A stretch of 64,000 nucleotides of DNA from Patescibacteria group bacterium UBA2773 (lineage in GTDB: Bacteria > Patescibacteriota > Minisyncoccia > Moranbacterales > DUUL01). This document shows positions 39,101-49,000 of the stretch, piece after piece. The stretch's first letter is position 1. The number at the start of each line of letters is the position of its first letter. Under the pieces are notes generated by a model, which had not been told where the DNA came from, ran no database searches, and saw only the letters and a program-made list of their open reading frames with translations. A program made the translations under genes and the position numbers. The DNA is taken from NCBI GenBank assembly GCA_002352465.1, contig DEIN01000017.1, positions 64,777 to 128,776 of the forward strand, in the 5' to 3' direction.

Positions 39101-41068
39101 GATGGAACTTTGATTCCTGGAACCCTCGGAACTAACACCACTGTTTCTTCAATGTGGGATAAAAATGGGAAAATGGGTGGGGCGATGGAGTTTGATGGGA
39201 GCGATGATTATGTTGAAATCCAAGATACTGCACTATTTATTGATATGCAACAGTATACTTTGTCTGCGTGGATTAATCCAGTAATTTTAGATACAAGTCA
39301 AAGACAAGGGATTATGGGTTGGGGATTGTATGGCACTCAACGAGCAGTCAATGCTCTTAGACTTGTGGAAAACTCAGTTTGTCCTGGCGGAGATGGTTTG
39401 GTTAATTATTGGTGGAGTGATGATTTTAGGGAATGTAATTTGGGATTGTCAGTGGGAGAGTGGAACCATGTGCTCGTAACATATAATGGTTTTGAAAGGG
39501 CTATGTATGTGGACGGAGAATTAAAAAACACTAATACTCCGACAGGCAGTCCAAGTTTTAAAGACGGAAAATTTACAGTTGGAACAACAGGGGAAGGGGA
39601 AGTAGCAGATTTTAAAGGTCAAATCGACGAAGTGAAGGTTTGGAATTATGCTTTGACGGAGGATGAGGTGAGGCAGGAGTATGCTAATTCGGGTTCGGCG
39701 GTTTCGATGGGAGGGGAGAGGGCTGAGGCGAGTGATGACGGGACAGAAGTGGGAGGATTTTCTAGTAAATATTGTATTCCCGGTGATACCGCCAAATGCT
39801 CTCCACCGGTTTTGGAACTTTCGATGGATGAAAAATCTGGCACAACAGCCTATGACACTTCGGGGAACGGCAATGACGGAACTTTGACTAATGGTCCGAG
39901 TTGGGTGCGAGGAAAATATGGTAGTGCTTTGGATTTTGATGGGGTGGATGATTATGTGGACTTAGGCACATATCCAAAAATAAGTTCAGAAGATACTGTT
40001 TATACTATTTCTGCGTGGATGAAATCTTCTAGCGATAATTCAATAGGGATTTCCAGAGGAAATTCAGGAAATTGCTATTATAATCCTTCTGTAACTTTAA
40101 ACTCTGTAAATGAGAGTGGATGTTCTGGATTGAATCAACTATTGCTTGGAACAAACACGGATGGCTTGTGGCACAACGTTACTGCTGTGCGGAGTGGCGA
40201 TGATTTTAAAGCATATCTTGACGGAAAATTAATGGCTTCAAAAATTATTGCCTCTCACGGCCTGACAGACTCTACTTTTACTCCTGAGGCTCGGATAGGT
40301 TCGTACTATAAAAGTATTGGAAGTAGTTTTAAAGACGGCATTGTCGATCAAGTTGTTGTTTATGACTACGCGCGGACGCCGGCGCAGATTGCTTGGGACT
40401 ATAATCGCGGGAAACCGGTGGCCCATTGGAAAATGGACGAAGGGACAGGAACGACGGTTCACGATGAAAGCGGGAACGATAACGACGGCACTATGACCAA
40501 TATGGACGCCAACACTGATTGGGTTGACGGTCATTCGGGAGAAGCCTTGGATTTTGATGGAGCAGATGATTATGTTGAAATAGCAAATTCAAGTATTTGT
40601 AATATTAATGAAGAGTTAACAATTTCTATGTGGGTAAGACCTGCGATTGTATACGACTCTTCATTATCTGATTATAGAGTAATGCTTGATAGACAATGGA
40701 CTGCGGAAAATGATTCATATTTTTTTGGTTTTAATGCTGATGGCAAAATGCATTTAGGTTCAAACGGAGGAAGTATTCAATCGACTCAAAGTGTTTGGAA
40801 TGCAAATCAATGGTATTTTATTACTGGAACATATAGAGATGTGGGAGGCGTTTATAGTGGTGAGCTCTATGTAGATGGAGTTTCGGAGGTGCTATCTATC
40901 GATAATTATGATGATATGGAAGGAGGAAGTAATAGTATCGGCATTGGGGGGTCTGATCGTTTTGATAAATTTAATGGTCAAATCGACGATGTTCAAATTT
41001 TTAACTACGCTTTGACAGAAGAACAAATCAAAAATCTTTATAACGGAAGCGCGATGAGGTTTGAGTAG
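36167..41068 (+). CDS. Secreted protein with six LamG/concanavalin-like domains
   Basis: Signal peptide; six PV..W.(F/M)DE...D.SG..N.G...FDG.DDYV...F.G.IDEV..Y.YA units; two N-terminal beta repeats. Confidence 0.92.
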   Translation: MKLKIQYKLAVYFCLSFLLFGGVSLARADYYAQGTMKSTNLLVGAEVTAINSFTVDSTIPAGTTVSVQFSQDRHIFYSSAGTKGGWDSLSAGEDEVDLSGLSWDGAVLYYKLKLETTDSALTPVVNDTTLDYTGTEADAPGGTIYHQEGAIVSTNMVGSTGERILAVNSIDITTDIPAGTSVAAQFSEDGESWYSSSGTANGWDSLVDEENLIDLSGLEWTSSLYYKAKLETIDGAMISKITEVEVDYDSGGPADPVGYWSFDEGFGTTAYDESSQGNDGTLTNGPVWKDESECVSGKCLYFDGTDDSVAISNFQFPIFNQFSTTQFFNFQTLAVSKPITAQWGDSQNAVLIKLDDTNSDEIKVCIADALTDDCTNYGITTDADISANSWYNLQIVYDGAGSENSDKIKLYLDGIEKTLSFTGTIPTAFPESSEGLEIGGDTDLATYTNGKIDEVKIYPYARTAGQIKQDYNAGLSGVKSSRGTSVSFGGKSDKWMSDGLVGHWKMDEASWDGTAGEVLDASGNGNDGTRTGDATTAGGKYGNGGIFDGDGDLITRDSTASLELTMAGTISTWIKQSGADQDTYAGYVAKTVGGNPVNVSYALYHYDDSNVIRGIICDDSACDIVEIPELSMSDTDWHHFIFSWDGSSLYLYQDGILLNTETQTIVLDVESTDKFKIGGDCFGLSSYSDDFNGQIDEVRIYNRALSPDEVKGLYEYAPGPVLHLKMDEKVAGDAQTLYDISGNENNGTTVDGANDSGMDCSVLGKYGSACEFDGTDDYVDVGNDATLKPGANNFSVGGWFKHAAVDSFEIIFGKAKTIPVYQQWTVSSGSVQSTGSTNPSKRISVMLIHTGGNLVFSAYTDTDIIDGNWHYVSLVREGADYPKLYIDGIEQGLTITKAWGPFNFDVDTDNSFKIGGNGVNANFTGQIDDVKYYNYARTQSQILEDMNGGGPANKSPILHLNFDEGRGATAYDSSGFSNDGTLIPGTLGTNTTVSSMWDKNGKMGGAMEFDGSDDYVEIQDTALFIDMQQYTLSAWINPVILDTSQRQGIMGWGLYGTQRAVNALRLVENSVCPGGDGLVNYWWSDDFRECNLGLSVGEWNHVLVTYNGFERAMYVDGELKNTNTPTGSPSFKDGKFTVGTTGEGEVADFKGQIDEVKVWNYALTEDEVRQEYANSGSAVSMGGERAEASDDGTEVGGFSSKYCIPGDTAKCSPPVLELSMDEKSGTTAYDTSGNGNDGTLTNGPSWVRGKYGSALDFDGVDDYVDLGTYPKISSEDTVYTISAWMKSSSDNSIGISRGNSGNCYYNPSVTLNSVNESGCSGLNQLLLGTNTDGLWHNVTAVRSGDDFKAYLDGKLMASKIIASHGLTDSTFTPEARIGSYYKSIGSSFKDGIVDQVVVYDYARTPAQIAWDYNRGKPVAHWKMDEGTGTTVHDESGNDNDGTMTNMDANTDWVDGHSGEALDFDGADDYVEIANSSICNINEELTISMWVRPAIVYDSSLSDYRVMLDRQWTAENDSYFFGFNADGKMHLGSNGGSIQSTQSVWNANQWYFITGTYRDVGGVYSGELYVDGVSEVLSIDNYDDMEGGSNSIGIGGSDRFDKFNGQIDDVQIFNYALTEEQIKNLYNGSAMRFE

Positions 41069-41116
41069 GGTATTGAGCATCTAGTATTAAGTGGGGAGGT
41101 TTTTGGACTAAGCGAG

Positions 41117-41162
41117 TTCTGGAGGTTTGACCTCGGTGGATACCGCGGTTGAACCTCGGGAA
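41117..41162. repeat. REP-like doublet, family A
   Basis: TTCTGGAGGTTTGACCTCGGTGGATACCGCGGTTGAACCTCGGGAA; near-identical to 59795-59840. Confidence 0.9.
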
Positions 41163-41422
41163 TGGAGTTTCGGAAATAGAACATACTATAGAAAAGAAGT
41201 AAATTCAAAATTAAGCATCATTTATAAATTACAAATTATAAATTAATTCGAAATACGAGGATTTGTATTTTAGGTTGATTAGATTTCTGTTTATTTTCGC
41301 TAAATCCGCCTGCCAGTAGGCAGTACTATGGTGAGGCAAGCCTGAGCAGAAATGAAAAAATAAGAGAACAAGCGATAGAAAATATGAACACAACATTTTT
41401 CTATCGGTTTCTCCCACTGGTC

Positions 41423-41462
41423 TCCCACTGGTTGAACCAGTGCACTGGTTCAACCAGTGGGA
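41423..41462. repeat. REP family B, upstream of RAYT (perfect 40-bp palindrome)
   Basis: TCCCACTGGTTGAACCAGTG|CACTGGTTCAACCAGTGGGA, preceded by partial duplication CTCCCACTGGT. Confidence 0.95.
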
Positions 41463-41596
41463 ATTAAAAAATTGATAATAAATTCAAATGTTCTCAGTTT
41501 TTTTGTTTCAATTTAATTAGAAAGATAGTTTAGGGGATAGTTTGTTGATTGAGTCTTGGTTTCAGTTGAATAACTAATTAAATTAAATCAAATCCA

Positions 41597-42253
41597 ATGA
41601 AAAAAGAACTTTTTTGGGGAGATTGTTATCATATTTTTAATAGGGGTGTAGAAAAAAGAAAGGTTTTTTGTGATAAATATGATTACAAAAGATTTATTGA
41701 CAGTATGAAAGAATTCAACAACCACGAAGTTGGATCTTTGCGAGATAGATTAGATTCAAAATTTTCCACTGGTCCAACCAGTGCACTGGTTCAACCAGTG
41801 GAAGAAGAAAAGCTGGTTGAAATAGTAGCTTATTGCTTGAATGCTAATCATTATCATTTAATTTTAAAAGAAGTTTCTGAAGATGGTATTGCAAAATTTA
41901 TTCAAAAAATAGCAACAGGTTATACTCGATATTTTAATGAAAAGTATAAAAGAACAGGTGGTTTATTTCAAGGTCGGTATAAAAGAGTCGAAGTGGAATC
42001 GAACCCGCAATTGCTTTATTTGTCGGCTTACGTTAATGGAAATCATTACATTCATAAAATTAAAGAACTTGAGAGTTGGGAGTTTTCAAGTTTGCCAGAA
42101 TATTTGAAAAATAAAAAAAATGGATTTTGTTTTAAGAACGATATTTTAGGTCAATTTAATAATAGTGGAGAAGATTATTTAAAATTTTGCAAGAAAAATT
42201 GTGATGACATAAAAGAGAAAAGAGCTTTCTCTAAATTTTTGTTAGAAGAATAA
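41597..42253 (+). mobile_element. REP-associated tyrosine transposase (RAYT / Y1 HUH transposase) CDS
   Basis: YHIFNRG, AYCLN.NHYHL (HUH), YTRYFNEKY.RTG.LFQGRY, LSAYV.GN, W.FSS; flanked by REPs. Confidence 0.92.
41764..41803. repeat. REP family B, in frame inside the RAYT gene
   Basis: TTCCACTGGTCCAACCAGTG|CACTGGTTCAACCAGTGGAA, encoding STGPTSALVQPVE. Confidence 0.95.
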
Positions 42254-42274
42254 GGTGCGTTTCGTTTGTTGATT

Positions 42275-42314
42275 TTCCACTGGTCCAACCAGTGCACTGG
42301 TTGGACCAGTGGGA
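42275..42314. repeat. REP family B, downstream of RAYT
   Basis: TTCCACTGGTCCAACCAGTG|CACTGGTTGGACCAGTGGGA. Confidence 0.95.
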
Positions 42315-43015
42315 GGAAATTTAAGGATAAAAATTTTGAAGTTCGTCAAGGGAATTTTTTTTGAAAGTTTACTATTAGAAAGTTAAATTTAGGTAAAAAA
42401 TATTTAACAAAAAACAAATTGGTTATTTGTTTTTTTTGTTTTTATTTTACTTCCATACGACGTCGTATAGTAGCAAAAAAGTGAGTTGAATAAATAAATT
42501 ATTAATTGAATTTTTTTGTTTTTATAAGTTGGTTTTTATTGGTATTGAGAGTTTTTTGAAATTGAGATATCGGAGTTATTTTTTTGTTGAATGATTTGTT
42601 TTTAGAGTTTTAAAATATTCAAGTTTGTTTTTGTTTATTTTATAGAATAAAATATTTCGGTGGTTTATTTTACAAAAATTTAGGGAATTTTTTAAATTTT
42701 AAATTTTATAAAAATTAATATTTTTGGTAATATTTTTTATTTTCAAAAAATGTTTTTTTTATTTTTTAAAAAAATTCAAAAATAGGATTTTTTGAAAAAT
42801 ATTTTTAGCTTAAATAAGGGATTTTTTTGAGGCCAAAAAAGAGTCAAAAAAAGAGTCAAAAGTTATGCACAAAAAAGACTTTTTTCTATTTGGCAGAGGC
42901 TTATTTTTGTGTTAAAGTTAAACTAGTTTGAAAAATATAAAAAACCTCTCTTGGTTTTGTCTTCTCGGTTGTTTGTTTTAAAACAAAGAAAGACCTAAAA
43001 ACAGGAGTTTATAGT

Positions 43016-46000
43016 TTGTCAAAAATGAATTTAGTTCAAACAAAAATAATAGAAAAAATAAAGGCTAATTTTAGCCAAAAACGAGAACTAATTCTTGGTA
43101 AGGGAGGTGATTTTGTTATGGTCTTTTTTGCTGTTTTTTTAGGCTTTATTTTGTTTTCAATACCAGCTGAAGCTTCGATTGCCATGGATCTTTCAATGTT
43201 TGTTCTTGATAAAGAAACTAACAAACCTTTGGAGGGGGTTCAAACAGTAATTTTTTCAATTTATCCGGAAAATTCAGAGATTGCAATTTGGCAAGAAACT
43301 CAAGAAATTGAGCTGAATTTTGGTTTGATTCGAACTGCTTTAGGTGAAATAAATGTTTTGCCTTTGAATTTAAACATGCTTGACAATAATTATTATTTGG
43401 GAATAAAAATTGGAGATGATAAAGAATTGGTTCCAAGAAAAAGAATTTCTCCGAATTTGTTTGCAGTTTCTTCTGCTTATGCTCAAAATGCTGGAAGTTT
43501 AAACGGCAGTGTTATTGGTGAAAATGAAGGCAACTTGATGCTATTGGGAAAAGGCGGAGAAGTAGATTCAAAATTTTTGTCTAGTGATCTTTCTTTGCTA
43601 GGAGACGAAATCGATATTTCTTCTGAAACAAACTTGGGAGTGGCTGGTTCATTATTGACGCTTAGTGGTGACAATCTTTCAGTTAAAGAAGGAGTTTTGA
43701 CGGATGGAAGATTCTGTACTTACAGTACTACTAATGGATTGGTTTGTGATACCGATGGGGGGGCAATTACTCATGATGAAGTGACATTGAGTAATTCTCC
43801 CGGAATTTATGATTATTTAACACTTTCCGGACAAGCTTTGACACTCGACCAAATTGATTTGACTACGGATGTCAGCGGAATTCTTCCTGATGTAAATGTT
43901 GCTAATAATTTGACTATTGACGGCGGATTGATTTTTGGTACTGATTTAGACTTGAAAACTGGAACTGATATTACCGAGGGTAGAATTCAGTGGGATGCTA
44001 CAACTGATAGAATTGTGGTTGGAACTGGAAGCGATTTTACGACTTTTTATTCTGGATCAGGAGCAGGTGGAATTGCTGGAAGTGGAATAACAAATCATTT
44101 GGCTTATTGGTTGGATTCAAACACCTTAACTTCAACTGGTGGATCCGCTAGTCAAATGTTAATAAATAATGCTTCAAGCGTTCCAACTTTTGTTTCAATC
44201 GGTGGTGACATTGCAATAACTTCCGGCGGATTAACTAGTATTCAAGCTGATTCAGTGGCGTTAGGAACCGACACGACTGGCAGTTATGTTCAATCAATCA
44301 CCAATGGCAATGGAATTAGCGGAGCCGACGGTGGTTCGGAATCAGCCATTTTAACTTTAGCAATCGACGCTACAACAACTGGAACGACTGTCACAACTGC
44401 TTCTAATTCTGGTTTAGAAACTACTGCTGATGGTTTGAGAATAATTGGAGGTTGTAGCGATGGTCAAATTTTGACTTGGAATTCTTCACTTGAAGTTTGG
44501 TCTTGCAATAATAATACAGGGGGAACAAGTAATTGGACGGATAGTGGAAATTTGACATTTTTAACAAATACTACCGACGATTTTGCTATTGGTGGAGGAA
44601 CTTTGGCTTCAGCAATGTTCGCTATTGATGAAAGTGCTGGTAATTTCTACTTCGCTTCTGACAACAGTGCTAATCCAACTTTCTTGTTTGAAGCGACTGA
44701 TTCAGATACGGGAAGTTTTGGATTTAATACGAATGACGCTTTCTATTTCTCAGATGCGAATGTGGGAATCGGAACAACAGATCCATCAACATTTTTTGAG
44801 GTTGCTACTACTGCCAGATTTTCTGGTTCTGTTGATGAAACTGCTTTGGGGTTGGATCGAATTGACATCGGGGTTCAAAATGGAACACCAAGAATGGTTT
44901 TTGAAGACAATAGCTATACTAGATGGGAAATTGATAATTCAGAAGGAGTCTTCAGGTGGTTTACTCCTGGATTTGAAAGGCTAACCTTAGACGCGAGCGG
45001 AAATATGAATTTAGTGACTGGAAATTTAGAGATAGGATCAGTTAGTGTTTTGACAAGTGCTCGACAATTACAAAATTTAACAGGGCTAGCTTCTTCTGGA
45101 ACAATTACTTTTTCTGGTTTAACTACCGATGGAGTTGTCACAGTTTCTTCTGGAGCTCTTTCAAGTGAAGCTCAATTAGCAATATCTCAAGGTGGAACCG
45201 GAGCTTCTTTGACTGACCCAAATGACGACCGAATTATGTTCTGGGATGACACAGCTGGAGCTGTCACTTGGTTAGACTTAGGAGCCAACTTGACTATTAC
45301 TGGCACTACCATTGCAGCTACTGACACTAACACTACTTACACCGCTGGAATCGCTCTTGATCTAAACTCTACTACTTTTGATGTTGATTTAAGCGAATTA
45401 ACAACTTCAACCGCTGATATTGATGGAGATTACTTTGTGGTAATAGACACTTCCAACGCTCAAAAGAAACTAACTAAAGCTAATATTGCTTTAAGTGGCT
45501 TTGATAATGACTTAGGTTGGACTACTAGTACTGGAGATATTACAAGTGTTGTCGCCGGAGCTGGACTAACTAACGGAGGAACTTCTGGAGATGTCACTCT
45601 TAACATCGGCGCTGGAACAGGAATTACCGTTAATGCTGATTCGATTGAAGCGACTTTGGGAACAGCGATTGAAAAAGGAGAACTAGTCAATTCTGGAAGT
45701 CTGTCCTTTGATTGGCTCGACAGTGAAGTTGCTAATAGCTTGACTATTACTGGTGGAACGATTGACGCTACTACTACGATCGACAAAGACCCAGTGATTA
45801 CCTTGGGAACAGACTTGACTGGAAATGTCACTTTGTCCAACCTAGCTTCTGGAACTTTAAATGCCACAATCGTTGCTAATTCAGTAGCCTTAGGAACCGA
45901 TACTACTGGAAATTATGTCTCAACCATCACTGGTGGAACGGGAATTGATTCAACTGGAGCGACTTCTGGAGAAAATATCGTTCATTCTTTGAGTGTTAAT

Positions 46001-49000
46001 ACAACTGAGATAGGAACAACAACTTGGTTCGACAAAACCGCTGGAACTGACATTCTTTGGAAATTTGATGGAGAATCTAATGATGGAACATTTGGGTATT
46101 ATGAAGATGAAGACGCTTTTGGGTTTACTAATTCAAGCGTTGGGATTGGAACAACCAATCCAACCGCTAAACTTCAAATCGCTGCTGGAACTACTTCGGC
46201 TGGTTCAGCACCTTTGAAATTAACCAGTGGAGATTCAATGACCACCGTCGAAGCTGGAGCTTTAGAATATGACGGATCTAAGCTTTATTTCACTCCAGTT
46301 GGAACCAGAGAAACAGTGGCTTACATCTCAGACATCACTGGAGCCGCTCACCCAGCAGTGACCATCGGAACAGCCAGTGGTTTAAGCATCGATGGTTCTC
46401 AAGTTCTTTCACTTGGATTAGCTTCATCCGGTGTCACTGGTGCTTTAAGTGGAACTGATTGGGATACTTTTAATGCTAAACAAGTCGCTTTAACTATTGG
46501 AGATTTATCTGGAATGGCTGATCAAGTGACTGTTGCAAATGGAGCTGGATCAATCATTGGTTCAGGCGTGACTTTGAGTTTGCCACAATCGATTGCGATA
46601 ACTTCAACTCCAACTTTTGGAGGGTTGACTTTGACAACTGATCTTTCAGTGGACAACGGTGGAACTGGCACTTCGACTTTCACTTCAGGTGGAATGCTCT
46701 ATGGTAATGGAGCTTCGGCGATTGGAGCGACGGCAGTTTTAAGCAATGGTCAACTTTTGATTGGAGATGGTTCTGGCGTTCCAACTTTGACGACTTTGAC
46801 GGATGGAACGGGAATCACTATTACCGAAGGGGCCGGTTCAATCACAATTGCCTCAACTTTGGGAGAGACTATTGAAACGGGAGAAATAACTAATGATTCA
46901 ATTTTGGAAGTTGATTTTGATGTGACAAATGTTGCAACTGATAATTATATTTTGAGTTATGATTCAGATTCTGGCGGTTTCACTTGGATTGATAACACTG
47001 GAGGAACAGGGGCTTCTAAATGGACTGATGATGGAACTTTCAGTTATTTGACGGAAACGAATGACGATTTGGTTATCGGTGGATCCACAACTTCTGCTCC
47101 TTTATTCTTCGATTCTTCTGAAGCGACACTTTCTTTGGGCTACAATGGAACTTCGGGCTCTTTGTCTCTTTATAGTGAAGTGGGTGGGACTGATTATACT
47201 CTTAAATTCCAACCAAGTTCTTCAATGACTCAAAATGTTACTTATATGATGCCTGTTGACGATGGAACTTCTGACCAAACTCTTATTACTAATGGAGCTG
47301 GAGTTCTTGCTTGGGGAACCGTAACGGAAATTAGTGGAGCTGGAGACATTACTGCTATTGGAGACGTTTCCACCGGATCAGCTTTTACTGCCACTGGGAC
47401 TCAAGGAACTTCCCTTTATTTTTATGATGCTGATGGTCGAGGTCAATTGAAAACGGCCGACCTCACCGCCGCTAGAACCTATACATTGCCAGATGCCACT
47501 GGAACAATGGCTTTAACTTCGCAATTGCATGACGCAGTGACCATCGGAACAGCCAGTGGTTTAAGCATCGATGGTTCTCAAGTTCTTTCACTTGGCTTAG
47601 CTTCATCCGGTGTCACTGGTGCTTTAAGTGGAACTGATTGGGATACTTTCAACAACAAACAAACAGCTGGAAATTATCTTACCGCTTTAACTGGAGATGC
47701 GACTGCTACTGGACCAGGATCAGCAGCAATTACTTTGGCTACTGTAAATTCCAACATTGGAGTCTTTAACAATCTTACGGTTAACGCTAAAGGTTTAGTG
47801 ACTGGAGCTTCGAATGTTGCTTATCTTACCAGCTATACTGAAACTGATCCGATATACATAGCTTCACAAGCTCACAACATTGATGCGACTGATATTGCTA
47901 ATCTTGGAAATCTTTCTGGAACTAATACTGGAGATATTACTTTAGCTGGAACTCTAGATTACTTGACTTTAAGTGGACAACAAATAACCAGAGGCTTAAT
48001 TGATTTAACCACAGATGTTTCTGAAATTTTACCAATTACTAACGGTGGAACTGGTGCTTCAAGTTTGGCTGATTTAATCGCACTAGGAACCGACACTACT
48101 GGAAATTATGTTAAATCAATCACTAACGGCAATGGAATTACTGGCGGAGATGGTGGTTCTGAATCAGCTGTTTTAACAATTGCAATTGATGCTGATACTA
48201 CTGGAACAACGGCAACTACTTATTCTAACTCTGGTTTAGAAGCCACTGCCGATGGACTAAGAATAATAGGGGGTTGTTCAACTGGTCAAATTCTGACTTG
48301 GGATGCCTCGGATGTTCGTTGGGAATGTACTACTAATACAGCTGGATCAAGTGATTGGACAGATACTGGAACTTTGACTCACTTGACCGACACTGCCAAT
48401 GACTTTGCAATTGGTGGAACTTCATTGGTTGCTTCAATGTTTGCGATTGATGAAAGTGCTGGTAATTTCTACTTCGCTTCTGACAACAGTGCTAATCCAA
48501 CTTTCTTGTTTGAAGCGACTGATTCAGATGCGGGAAGTTTTGGATTTAATACGAATGACGCTTTCTATTTCTCAGATGCGAATGTGGGAATTGGCGACAC
48601 TTCACCGACGGCTCTTTTCACGGTTGGAACCGCGGATGCCTTTCAAATAGACGCTTCTGGAAACGTGACAACTTCAGGAACAGTGGAGGGTTTGACTCTA
48701 GCTTCAGCGGAGGATGGTTTCACAATTGCTGGTGGAACAACTTCTAGAACTTTAACCATCGCAGGAGATGACGTTTCGATTAATCAATCTTTACTGACAA
48801 CTTCCGCTCCAACCTTTGTTACTTTAAACACTGGCAACGGAGATTATGAGCTTTTCGCAATGAATCAAGATGTTGAAACCACTGATTCGGTCACCTTTAC
48901 CGGTTTAACTTTGAGCGGATTAACTCAAGGTTCAGTGCCATTTATCGGAGCCAGCGGAGTAGTTAGTCAAGATAATTCCAATCTTTTCTTTGATGATACT

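Noticed and set aside
41229-41453. 74-aa ORF on minus strand
   Set aside because: Composed of REP and nested repeat sequence; likely spurious, as are the other short ORFs antisense to or nested in long genes
35142-42253. Complete DGR cassette
   Set aside because: No reverse transcriptase, avd or adenine-rich template repeat found in the window
42320-42900. Replication origin
   Set aside because: AT-rich, but only one imperfect DnaA box (TTATGCACA ~42863), no dnaA/dnaN nearby and no evident skew switch
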